A stretch of 63,150 bases of DNA, counting the filler, from Chiloscyllium plagiosum (taxonomy: Eukaryota): assembly GCF_004010195.1 (NCBI RefSeq). It is 5 parts of one record of this genome, joined end to end, with 100 filler letters (N's around TTAATTAATTAA, not from the genome) between each part and the next. Parts side by side here need not be neighbours in the genome. Positions count along the whole stretch, not along the records: positions 41,972 to 51,644 come from NC_057712.1; positions 51,745 to 58,848 come from NC_057712.1; positions 58,949 to 63,150 come from NC_057712.1; 2 more parts are not named here. One strand, 5' to 3'. The notes below the pieces were generated by a model, which made no database searches, was not told where the DNA came from, and was given only the letters and a program-made list of their open reading frames with translations. This document shows, in pieces, positions 51,387 through 63,150 of this stretch (positions are counted from its first letter, which is position 1; the number at the start of each line of letters is the position of its first letter). Made by a program: the position numbers and the translations under genes.

Positions 51387-51644
51387 GGCCTCACCCCCTT
51401 GTGCCATATTTACCAACCTCACCCCCTTGTGCCGTATTCACCCGCCTCATCCCCTTGTGCCATGTTCACCGGCCTCACCCCCTTGTGCCATGTTCACCAG
51501 CCTCACCCCTTGTGCCATATTTACCGACTTCACCCCCTTGTTGTGCCGTATTCCCCTGCCTCACCACCTTGTGCTATGTTCACCCACCTTACCTTGTGCC
51601 GTGTTCACCAGCCTCACCACCTTGTTGTGCCGTATTCACCCGCC
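51387..51644. repeat. 28-bp minisatellite (CCTCACCCCCTTGTGCCATGTTCACCRG), about 9 copies, runs into a gap
   Basis: CCTC recurs at 51389, 51417 and onward. Confidence 0.9.
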
Positions 51645-51744
51645 NNNNNNNNNNNNNNNNNNNNNNNNNNNNNNNNNNNNNNNNNNNNTTAATTAATTAA
51701 NNNNNNNNNNNNNNNNNNNNNNNNNNNNNNNNNNNNNNNNNNNN

Positions 51745-54700
51745 AGTGACGCATTCAAAATCATTAATCCGGGAGTGTGACACGTGTCGAACTCATTAAT
51801 TCAGGAGTGTGACGCGTGTCGAACTCTTTAATCCCGGAATGTGAAAGGGTGTCGAATTCATTAATCCGGGAGTGTGTCGCATGTCGAACTCATTAATCCG
51901 GGAGTGTGACACATGTCAATCTCTTTAATCCCAGAATGTAACGCGTGTCAAACTCATTAATCCAGGAGTGTGACGCGCGTCGAACGCATTAATCCAGCCA
52001 TATGACGCATGTCGAACTCATTAATCCGGGAGTGACGCATGTCAAAATCATTAATCCGGGAGTGTGACACGTGTCGAACTCATTAATTCAGGAGTGTGAC
52101 GCGTGTCGAACTCTTTAATCCCGGAATGTGAAAGGGTGTCGAATTCATTAATCCGGGAGTGTGTCGCATGTCAAACTCATTAATCCGAGAGTGTGACGCA
52201 TGTTGAACTCATTAATCCCGGAATGTGACGCGTGTCGAACTCATTAATCCAGGAGTGTGACACGTGTCGAACTCATTAATCCGGGAATGTGACACGTGTC
52301 AAACTCATTAACCCGGGAATGTAACGCGTGTCAAACTCAATAGTCCAGGAGAGTGACACGTGTCGATCTCATTAATACGGTAGTGTGAAGTGTGTTGAAC
52401 GCATTAATCTGAGAGTGTAACAAATGTCGAACTCATTAATCCCGGAATGTGATGCATGTCGAACTCATTAATCCCGGAATGTGACGCGTGTCGAACTCAT
52501 TAATCCAGGAGTGTAAAACGTGTCGAACCCATTAATCTGGGAGTATGACACGTGTTGAACTCATTAATCCTGGAATGTGATGCGTGTCGAACTCTTTAAT
52601 CTGGGAGTGTGACACGTGTTGAACTCATTAATCCGGGAGTGTGACGCATGTCGAACTCTTTAATCCCGGGATTTGAAATGGTTTTGAATTCATTATTCCG
52701 GGAATATGACGCGTGTTGAACTCATTATTTCGGGAGTGTGACACGTGTTGAATTCATTAATCTGGGAATGTGACATGCATCGAACACATTAATCCGTGAA
52801 TATGACGCGTGTCGAACTCATCAAACCGGGAGTATGACGCATGTCAAACTCACTTATCTGGGAGTGTGACGCATGTCGAAATCATTAACCCGGGAATGTG
52901 AAGCGTGTCGAACCCATTAATCCTGGAGTGTAATGCGTGTCAAACTCATTTCTACGGGAGTGTGACACGTGTCAAACCGATTGATCCGGGAGTGTGACAC
53001 GTGTCAAACGCATTAATCTGGGAATGTGACACGTGTCAAACTCATTAATCCGAGAATGTCACGCCTGTCGAAATCATTAATCTGGGAGTGTGACACTTGT
53101 CGAACTCATTAATCCGGGAATGTGACGCGTGTCGAACCAATTAATCCGGGAGCGTGACGCGTGTTGAACCCATTAAACCAGGAGTGTGACACGTGTCAAA
53201 CCCATTAATCTGGAGATGTGACGTGTGTGGAACTCATTATTATGGGAGTGTGACATGTGTCGAACCCATTAATCCGGGAGTGTGACGCGTGTCGAATGCA
53301 TAAATCCAGGAATGTGACGCATGTCGAACTCATTAAACCGGGTGTGTGACGTGTGTCAAACTCATTAATCCCTGAGTGTGACGCGTGTTGAAGTCTTTAA
53401 TCCGGGAGCGTGATACATGTTGAACGCATTAATCCGGGAAAGTGACGCGTTTCAAAATCATTAATCCGAGAGTGTGACGTGTGTCGAACTCATTAATCCC
53501 AGAATGTGACGCGTGTCGAACTCATTAATCTGGGAGTGTGACATGTGTCGAACTCATTAATCCGGAAATGTGATGCATGTCGAAATCATTAAGCCGGGTG
53601 TGTGACGCGTGTCAAACTCATTAATCCGTGGGTGTGACGCGTGTTGAAGTCTTTAATCCGGGAGCATGATACATGTTGAAAGCATTAATCCGGGAAAGTG
53701 ACGCGTTTCAAAATCATTAATCCGAGAGTGTGGCTCGTATCAAACCCATTAATCCAGGAGTGTGACGCGTGTCAAACTCATTAATACGGGAGTGTGAGGC
53801 GAGTCGAACGCATTAATCCGGTAGTGAGACACATGTCGAACTCATTAATCTGGGAGTATGTCACGTGTCGAACTCATTAATCCGGGAGTGTGACGCGTGT
53901 TGAACGCATTAATCCGGTCATATGACGCGTGTCAAACTCATTAATCTGAGAGTGACACATGTCAAACTCATTAATCTGGGAGTGTGGCACGTGTCGAAAT
54001 CATTAATCCGGGAGTGTGACGCGTGACAAATTTATTAATCCGGGATTGTGACGCGTGTTGAACTCTTTAATCCCGGAATGTAAAAGGGTGTCTAATTCAT
54101 TAATCCGGGAGTGTGTCGCATGTCAAACTCATTAATCCGAGAGTGTGACACGTGTCGAACTCATTAATCCCAGAATGTGACGTGTGTCGAACACTTTAAT
54201 CCAGGAGTGTGTCACGTGTCGAAATCATTAACCCGGGAGTGTGACATGTGTCGAACTCATTAATCTGGGAGTGTGACGCGCGTCGAACTCTTTAATCCCG
54301 GAATGTGAAAGGGTTTCGAACTCATTAATCCTGGAATGTGACGCGTGTCGAATTCATTAATCCGGGAATGTGACCTGTGTCGAATTTATTAATCCGGGAG
54401 TGTGACGCGTGTCGAACTCTTTCATCCTGGAATGTGAAAGGGTGTTGAACTCATTAATCCGGGAGTGTGTCGCATGTCGAACTCATTAATCCGGGAGTGT
54501 GACACGTGTCGATCTCATTAATCCTGGAAAGTGACGCATGTCGAATTCATTAATCCGTGAGTGTGACGCATGTTGATCCCATTAATCCGTGAGTGTGACG
54601 CGTGTCGAACTCATTAATCTGGGCGTGAGAGGTGTGTCGAACGCATTAATCCGGGAGTGTGACGAGTGTCGAACTCATTAATCCGGGAGTGAGAGGCGTG

Positions 54701-57700
54701 TCGAACGCATTGATCCGGTTATATGACACGTGTCAAGCTCATTAATCTGGGTATATGACGTGTGCCGAACTCATTAATCCGGGAGTATGACGTGTGTCGA
54801 GCTCATTAATCCGGGAATGTGACGCATGTCGAACTCATTAAGCCGGGTGTGTGACGCGTGTTGAAGTCTTTAATCCGGGAGCATGATACATGTTGAACGC
54901 ATTAATCCGGGAGCGTGATACATGTTGAACGCATTAATCCGGGAAAGTGATGCGTTTCAAAATCATTAATCCGAGAGTGTGACGTGTGTCGAACTCATTA
55001 ATCCGGGAGTGTGACGCGTATCAAACCCATTAATCCAGGAGTGTGACGCGTGTCGAACTCATTAATCCGGTAGTGAGACACATGTCGAACTCATGAATCT
55101 GGGAGTGTGTCACGTATCGAACTCATTAATCCGGGAGTGTGACACGTGTTGAACGCATTAATCTGGCCATATGATGCATGTCAAACTCATTAATCCGGGA
55201 GTGTGACGCGTGTCAAATTTATTAATTCGGGATTGTGACGCATGTCGAACTCTTTAATCCCGGAATGTGAAAGGGTGTCGAATTCATTAATTCGGGAGTG
55301 TGTCGCATGTCGAACTCATTAATCCGAGAGTGTGACGCGTGTCGAACTCATTAATCCCAGAATGTGACGCGTGTCGAACTCTTTAATCCAGGAGTGTGTC
55401 ACGTGTCGAAATCATTAATCCGGGAGTGTGACGTGTGTCGAAATCATTAATCCGGGAGTGTGAAACGTGTCGAACTCATTAATCCTGGAAAGTGACGCAT
55501 GTCGAATTCATTAATCCGCGGGTGTGACGCGTGTCGAACCCATTAATCCGGGAGTGTGATGCGTGTCGAACTCATTAATCCGGGAGTGAGCGGTGTGCCG
55601 AACGCATTAATCCGGGAGTGTGACGCGTGTCGAACTCATTAATCCGGGAGTGAGAGGCGTGTCGAACGCATTGATCCGGTTATATGACACGTGTCGAGCT
55701 AATTAATCTGGGTATATGACGTGTGCCGAACTCATTAATCCGGGAGTGTGACGCGTGTCGAGCACATTAATCCGAGAGTGTGGCACGTGTCAAAATCATT
55801 AATTCGGGAGTGTGACGCGTGTCGAACTCATTAATCAGGGTATATGACGCATGTCGAACTCATTAATCCGCGAGTGTGACGTGTGTCAAAATCATTAATC
55901 CAGGAGTGTGACACGTGTCGAACTCATTTATCCTGGAATGTGACACGTGTCGAACTCATTAATCTGCGAGTGTGACGCGTGTTGAACCCATTAATCCGGG
56001 AGTGTGCTGCGTGTCGAAATCATTAATCTGGGAGTGTGAAGCGTGTCAAACTCATTAATCCGGGAGTGAGAGGCATGGTCGAACGCATTAATGCAGGAGT
56101 GTGACGTGTGTCGAACGCATTGATCAGGATATATGACGCGTGTCGATCTCATTAATCCGGGAGTGAGCGGCATGGTCGAATGCATTAATCCAGGAGTGTG
56201 ACGTGTGTCGAACGCATTGATCAGGGTATATGACGCGTCTCGATCTAATTAATCCGGGAGTGTGACGCGTTTCGAAATCATTAATCCGGGAGTGTGACAC
56301 ATGTCAAACTCATTAATCTGGGAGTGTGACGCGTGTCAAACTCATTAATCCCGGAATGTGACGCGTGTCGAACTCATTAATCTGCGAGTGTGACGCGTGT
56401 TGAACCCATTAATCCCGGAGTGTGATGTGTGTCAAACTCATTCATTTGGGAGTTTTGCACGTGTCGAGCTCATTAATCCGGGAGTGTGACGCATGTCGAA
56501 CACATTAATCCGTGTATATGACACGTGTCGAACGCATTAATCCGGGTATATGACGTGTGTCAAATTCATTAATCCGGCAGTGTGATGCGTGTCAAACTCA
56601 TTAATCCGGGAGTGTGTCACGTGTCGAACCCATTTATCTGGGACTGTGACGCGTGTCGAACCCATTAATCGGGGAGTGTGACATGTGTCAAACTCATTAA
56701 TCCGTGAGAGTGACGAATGTCGAACTCATTCATCCGGGTGTGTGACGTGTGTCAAACTCATTAATCTGGGAGTGTGACATGTGTCGAACTCATTAATCTG
56801 GGAGTGTGACGTGTGTCGAACGCATTAATCCGAAGGTTTGACATGTGTCAAACTCATTAATCCGTGGGAGTGACGCGTGTCGAACTCATTAATCTGGGCG
56901 TGTGACGCGTGTCAAACTCATTAATCCGTGGGAGTGACGCATGTCGAACTCATTAATCCGGGCGCGTGACGCGTGTCAAACTCATTAATCCGAGAGCGTG
57001 ATGTGTGTCAAACTCATTCATCCGGGAGTTTTTCACGTGTCGAACTCATTAATCTGGGAGTGTGACGCATGTTGAAATCATTAATCCGGGAGTGTGACAC
57101 GTGTCGAATTTATTAATTCTGGAATGTGACGCATGTCGAACCCATTAATCCAAGAGTGTGCCGCGTGTCAATCTCATTAATCCGAGAGTGTGACACGTGT
57201 CGAACGCATTAATCCGGGCGTGTGATGTGTGTCGAAGGCATTAAACCGGAATGTGAGGCGTGTCAAATGCATTAAACCGGGAGTGTGACATGTGTCAAAT
57301 TTATTAATCCGTGAGAGTGACGCATGTCGAACTCATTAATCCAGGTGTGTGACACGTGTCAAACTCATTTATCCCGGAATGTAACGTGTGTCAAACTCAT
57401 TAATTCGAGACCGTGATGTGTGTCAAACTCAATCATCTGGGAGTTTTTCACGTGTCGAACTCATTAATCCGGGAGTGTGACGCATGTCGATCACATTAAT
57501 CCAGGTATATGACGCGTGTCGAGCGCATTAATCCGGGTTTGTGACGTGTGTTGAACTCATTAATCCGGGAGTGTGACGCGTGTCGAACTCATTAATTCTG
57601 GAATGTGACACGTGTCAAACTCATTAATCCGCGAGTGTGACGCATGTAAAACCCATTAATCCGAGAGTGTGCCGCGTGTCAAACTCATTAATCCAGGAGT

Positions 57701-58848
57701 GAGAGGCGTGTCGAACGCATTAATCTGGGAGTGTGACATGTGTCGAACGCATTGATCCGGGTATGTGACGTGTGTCGAACCCATTAATCCGGGAGTGTGA
57801 CGCGTGTCAAGCTCTTTAATCTGGGAGCGCAATGTGTGTCAAATTTATTAACACGAAATTGTGACGCGTGTGGAACTCATTAATCCGGGAATGTGGCCCG
57901 TGTCGAAATCATTATTCCAGGAGTGTGACGCGTGTCGGTCTCATTAATCCGGGAATCTGACGCTTGTCGAACTCATTAATCCGTGTGTGTGACGCATGTC
58001 GAATTCATTAATCCGGGAATGTGAGGCGTGTCGAACTCATTAATCCAGAAGTGTGACGTGTGTCAAACTCATTAATCCAGGAGTGTTTCACGTGTCGAAC
58101 ACATTAAATGGGGAATGTGACGCTTGTCAAACTCATTAATCCGGGAATGTGATGCGTGTCAAACTCTTTAATCTGGGAGCGCAATGTCTGTCGAATTTAT
58201 TAACGCGAAAGTGTGATGCGTGTGGAACTCATTAACCCGGGACTTTGATGCGTGTCGAACTCATTAATCAGGGAGTGTGATGTGTGTCGAACGCATTAAT
58301 CCAGAGGTGTGACATGTGTCAAACTCATTAATCTGTGGGAGTGACGCGTGTCGATCTCATTAATCCGGTAGTGTGACGTGTGTCGAATGCATTAATCCGG
58401 AGGTATAACAGGTGTCGAACTCATTAATCTGGGAGTGTTATGCATGTCAAACTCATTAATCCGGGAGTGTGACACGTGCAGAACTCATTAATCCTGGAAT
58501 GAAACGCGTGTCAAACTCATTAATCCGGGAGTGTGACATGTTTCGAACACATTAATCCGGGTATATGATGCGTGTCGAACGCATTAATCCGGGTATATGA
58601 CGCGTGTCGAACTCATTAATCCGTGAGAGTGACGCTTGTCGAACTCATCAATCTGGGAATGTGATGCATGTCGTACTGATTAATCCTGGAGCGTGACACG
58701 AGTAGAATTCGTTAATCTGGGAGTGTGATGCATGTTAAACCCATTACTACGGGAATGTGACGCAGGTCGAACTGATTAATCCGGTAGTGTGATGCGTGTC
58801 GAACTCATCAATCCGGGAATGTGACGCTTGACGAACTGATTAATCCGG
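51745..58848. repeat. 32-bp tandem satellite, consensus GAACTCATTAATCCGGGAGTGTGACGCGTGTC, about 220 copies, gap-bounded on both sides
   Basis: Directly visible 32-bp periodicity over 7.1 kb. Confidence 0.97.
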
Positions 58849-58948
58849 NNNNNNNNNNNNNNNNNNNNNNNNNNNNNNNNNNNNNNNNNNNNTTAATTAA
58901 TTAANNNNNNNNNNNNNNNNNNNNNNNNNNNNNNNNNNNNNNNNNNNN

Positions 58949-59268
58949 CCTACCGTCCAATATGGCACCACCCTCTAAACTGTCCTGCCTGTCCATCTTC
59001 CTTCTCACCAATCTGCTCCAACCTCCTCTCTGACCTTTCATCATCAGCCCCACTTGCATCTACCCATTGCCTTCCCAGCTACCTTCCCCCAGCCCCACCC
59101 TCCAATTTATCTCTCAGCCCCCTTCCCCCCCCCCCACATTCCTGATGAAGGGCAAATGTCCAAAACATTGATTCTTCTGCTCCTCAGATGCTGCCTGACC
59201 TGCTGCGCTTTTCCAGCGCCACACTTTTTGACTCTGATCTCCAACATCTGCAGTCCTCACTTTCTCTT
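58949..59268 (+). mobile_element. Penelope family-A terminal repeat with degenerate hammerhead core
   Basis: Similar to 23226-23418; CTGATGAAGGGC at 59142. Confidence 0.7.
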
Positions 59269-61377
59269 CCTTTACTTTGATGTCCTGATCAGTTTAGTAA
59301 GTCATTAACTCTTACTGCAGATGGTTTTTACATGGACAACAGCAACTTGTATAATATATTCAAAGGAACCAAACCCTACGAAAGCTTTAAAGGTTTTTAT
59401 GGAGGAGAGAAATAAGCACATAAAGGAAAAGGGATATCTTAAATGCAGCTTCAGAGGTCTCAAACATCTGTGGACATGTGCAATCAAAGGGTTAAACTTT
59501 CATTTTTTTCCCAAAATATCTTTTTTACAGTGTAGTGGAAGTATGTTGTACAAACTACAATAAATTTGCCACATAACAAACTTTAGTATATCAATCGTTG
59601 AGAAATAAAATGGAGACTTGTTCGTTACCAAAAATGGCAATTTGACATTTTCGTTTCCTATAAATTCTGCAATTAAGTTGTTTTTAAGTCAATTATTTAG
59701 ACAGAGCAGCATATATTTCATGGTTCAAAAGGAACTGTAAACATGCTTTATTTCCACTGGTGCGCCTGGTATTTGCTATAAATGTCGAGGAATAGTTGAA
59801 AGATTGTTAGACATTCTGCAGAACCTTAAAGTGTGCAGGACTACGGCCCCATCAGTCAGTAACAGATGATCACACTTTCTAAGATAAAAACGTTATAAAG
59901 TTCATTCTTAAACATCTATCTTGATAAGGATTTCCCGACATATTTTCTTCCTTGAGAGCTGAATTTCTGAAGTGAAAGGCCACAAAAATGACACTATGGT
60001 AAATACAAATTGCTTGCATGATAATTATTCAAAGGCGATTTCAAGTCCAGGGACATTCCATTTTAACAAGAAAGTCTTCTAAATAATATACACATTCTTT
60101 GATGTTTGAATGAAATGTCCCAGCCAGTGATGTGGCTTTCAAGGGTACTGCAGCCTTGCATAGCTTACAGCGTTGCCTGAAACATCATCCTCCCCCTGAA
60201 TTTTTACTATAGAGGCTGCCCAAGTGCCTTGTCCCTGGAGAAACCTAACAGAGAGACCAACTAAAATGTTCCATTGCTGACAATGCAGTTTATATTTCTG
60301 GTAATCATTTTCTTCTGTAACTGATAATGAAATTACTTAGAAGAAAAGGCATTTCCATTAGAAGTAAGTCCTCTTTTTAAAGGCAACTTCTTCGCTTGAA
60401 TTCAAAATGCAACAAAAATACATTTCTCATTTATGACTTGCCAGCTGAAGTACTCAGTCAATCACATCACTGTGAAATGCACTAGCATTTTGCTAAGTGA
60501 ATTACTTTCTGTTTGATGTTCATCAACTGCATACTCTGCTGCTAATTCTAATACAACATATTTTTTCTCTAAAATACTGATGTAATTGGTAACTTCTTGC
60601 TATTGTATGAAAAGGACATAACTTTTCCATTCAAATCAGATACTGTATCAGAACCTAAAAGGAGTAAATTTAAATAAACTGTAAAAGGTTATAATTCTGC
60701 CATTAAACTTTAGATTCGGCATCCAAATCTAAAAGCATGAATTGTATTTGAAGTCTTCAGCTAAATAAATAAGATTTCATTCCTCCATTCCAGAAATTAT
60801 AATTCTCCAGTCCAAAGCTGATTTTTACTTCAATGTTATTAGTCTGGCACTTTATTCTGTAAGTAAAACACTAGGACTGTTACTTATCAGCATCAATTAT
60901 AGACAGTGAGACAGGATCATTACAGCAGTGAGTTCTTGCAGGCCCTTGCTAAACTCAAAACAAGCTGTAAATTATCACTGAGCTATTGCTGATTGGGTAG
61001 TAAACATTTGTTGAAATGTTTGCCACTCGTACTTAAAGTTTTTATCAGGAGAAATGCAATTCCAACACCTCACATATAAGCACAAGCATTTAGTACTGAG
61101 TTTGTGTCTTGCAATATAGCCTGCCTTTTCCTGGTATAAGAGTTTAGTAAATGAAAATAAGTGCATTTATGAGACCAGAGACAAGCTGTTCCTATTTTAT
61201 TATCTACGTAAAGTATTAAATTAACCAATCAGTGGAATTTATTCCAGCTTATTTGTAGTAAATTAGTACAATCCAATGTCATATTTTCGCTTTATTTGGA
61301 GTTCTGATATTTTAATCTAGAGGGTGAATTGCATTGTAGTAACTGACTTGACCATACATAAGGTCAGAATAATATGA

Positions 61378-62897
61378 TGCAAAATGTCCCAACCCCTGAT
61401 CAGGTGTACGCTAGAACTCTGTGGGAAGCTAGGGAAGTGATTGCTGGGACTTTTGCTGAGATACTTGTATCATCGATAGTCACAGGTGAGGTGCCGGAAG
61501 ACTGAAGATTGGTAAACATGGTGCTACCATTTAGGAAAGGTGTAAGGGCAAGCCAGGGAACTATAGAGCAATGAGCCTGACATTGGCGGTGGACAAGCTG
61601 AGGGACAGGATGTACATGTATTTAGAAAAGGCAAAGATTGATTAGGGATAGTCAGCATGGCTTTGTGCATGGGAAGTCATTTCTCACAAACTTGACTGAG
61701 TTTTTTGAAGAAGTAACTAAGAGGATTGATGAAGGCAGAGAGGTAGATGTGATCTATATGGACTTCAGTAAAGCGTTTGACAAGGTTCCCAATGGAAGAC
61801 TGGTCAGCAAGGTTAGATCTCACGGAATACAGGGAGAACTAGCCATTTGGATACAGAACTGGCTCAAAGGTAAAAGACAGAGGGTGGTGGGGGAGGATTG
61901 TTTTTCAGACTGGAGGCCTGTGACCAGTGGAGTGCCACAAGGATCGGTGCTGGGTCCTCTACTTTTTGTCATTTACATAAATGATTTGGATGCAAGCATA
62001 AGAGGTACAGTTGGTCAGTTTGCAGATGACACCAAAATTGGAGGTGTAGTGGACAGCGAAGAGGATTACCTCAGATTACAACAGGATCTTGATGAGATAG
62101 ACCAATGGACTGAGAAGTGGCAGATGGAGTTTAATTCAGACAAATGCGAGGTGCTGCATTTTCGGAAAGCAAATCTTAGCAGGACTTATACACTTAATGG
62201 TAAGGTCCTAGGGAGTGTTGCTGAACAAAGAGACCTTGGAGTGCAGGTTCATAGCTCCTTGAAAGTGGAGTCACAGGTAGATAGGATAGTGAAGAAGGTG
62301 TTTGGTATGCTTTCCTTTATTTGTCAAAGTATTGAGTACAGGAGTTTGCGGCTGTACTGGACGTTGGTTAGGCCACTGTTGGAATATTGCATGCAATTCT
62401 GGTCTTCTTCCTATTGGAAAGATGTTGTGAAACTTGAAAGTGTTCAGAAAAGATTTACAAGGATGTTGCCAGGGTTGGAGGATCTGAGCTATAGGGAGAG
62501 GCTGAACAGGCTGGGGCTGTTTTCCCTGGAACGTCAGAGGCTGAGGGGTGACCTTATAGAGGTTTACAAAATTATGAGGGGCATGGATAGGATAAATAGA
62601 CAAAGTCTTTTCCCTGGGGTGGGGGAGTCCAGAACTAGAGACTTAAGGGGCAACTTTCTCACACAGAGGGTGGTATGTGTGTGGAATGAGCTGCCAGAGG
62701 ATGTGGTGGAGGCTGGTACAATTGCAACATTTAAAAGGCATTTGGATGGGTATATGAATAGGAAGGGTTTGGAGGGATATGGGCTGGGTGCTGGGAGGTG
62801 GGACTAGATTGGGTTGGGATATCTGGTCAGCATGGACAGGTTGGACTGAAGGGTCTGTTTCCATGCTGTACGTCTCTATGACTCTATGAATCTATGA
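61378..62897 (+). mobile_element. 5'-truncated CR1 LINE with a 389-aa open RT frame (61638-62807)
   Basis: QHGF, DFSKAFDKV, GVPQGSVLGP, FADDTK motifs and (CTCTATGA)n tail. Confidence 0.93.
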
Positions 62898-63150
62898 AAT
62901 GGGCCAACGGGCTAAGGAGTGGCAGATGGAGTTTAATTTAGATAAATGTGAGGTGCTGCATTTTGGGAAAGCAAATCTTAGCAGGACTTATACACTTAAT
63001 GGTAAGGTCCTAGAGAGTGTTGCTGTACAAAGAAACTTTAGAGTGCAGGTTCATAGCTCCTTGAAAGTGGAATTGCTGGTAGATAGGATAGTGAAGAAGG
63101 CGTTTGGTATTCTTCCCTTTATTGGTCAGAGTATTGAGTACAGGAGTTTG
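62898..63150 (+). mobile_element. Further CR1 RT fragment
   Basis: Repeats the sequence at about 62100-62347. Confidence 0.88.

Noticed and set aside
51202..51700. Cys/Pro-rich ORFs in three frames
   Set aside because: Translation of the 28-bp minisatellite running into Ns.
51745..58848. CRISPR-like periodicity
   Set aside because: Contiguous monomers with no unique spacers, no cas genes, and a vertebrate context: a satellite.
61638..62807. 389-aa ORF as a host gene
   Set aside because: It is CR1 reverse transcriptase, 5'-truncated and with internal deletions.

Overview
Eukaryotic, repeat-dense vertebrate DNA, almost certainly from a cartilaginous fish (shark), judged from HE1-type V-SINEs and the CR1 and Penelope families present. 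The window lies within the NBAS gene on the + strand. Two coding exons are recognisable (42416-42645 and 47468-47578); everything else reads as intron. The introns hold a near full-length CR1 LINE and many CR1 fragments, a decayed endogenous retrovirus on the - strand, a Tx1 LINE, a Rex1/Babar LINE tail, a decayed Gypsy element, solo LTRs, Tigger-like MITEs, a 28-bp minisatellite and a 7.1-kb 32-bp satellite. The retrovirus has a tRNA-Pro PBS, gag, RT and RNase H, an in-frame 423-bp duplication and a possible pre-gag ORF. Many Penelope-like elements and short derivatives carry minimal hammerhead-ribozyme cores of at least three families, often as inverted pairs with 12-14 bp target duplications. 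Four 100-bp gaps contain an artificial TTAATTAATTAA spacer, so contiguity across them is not guaranteed. All family assignments come from motif recognition, not database searches.
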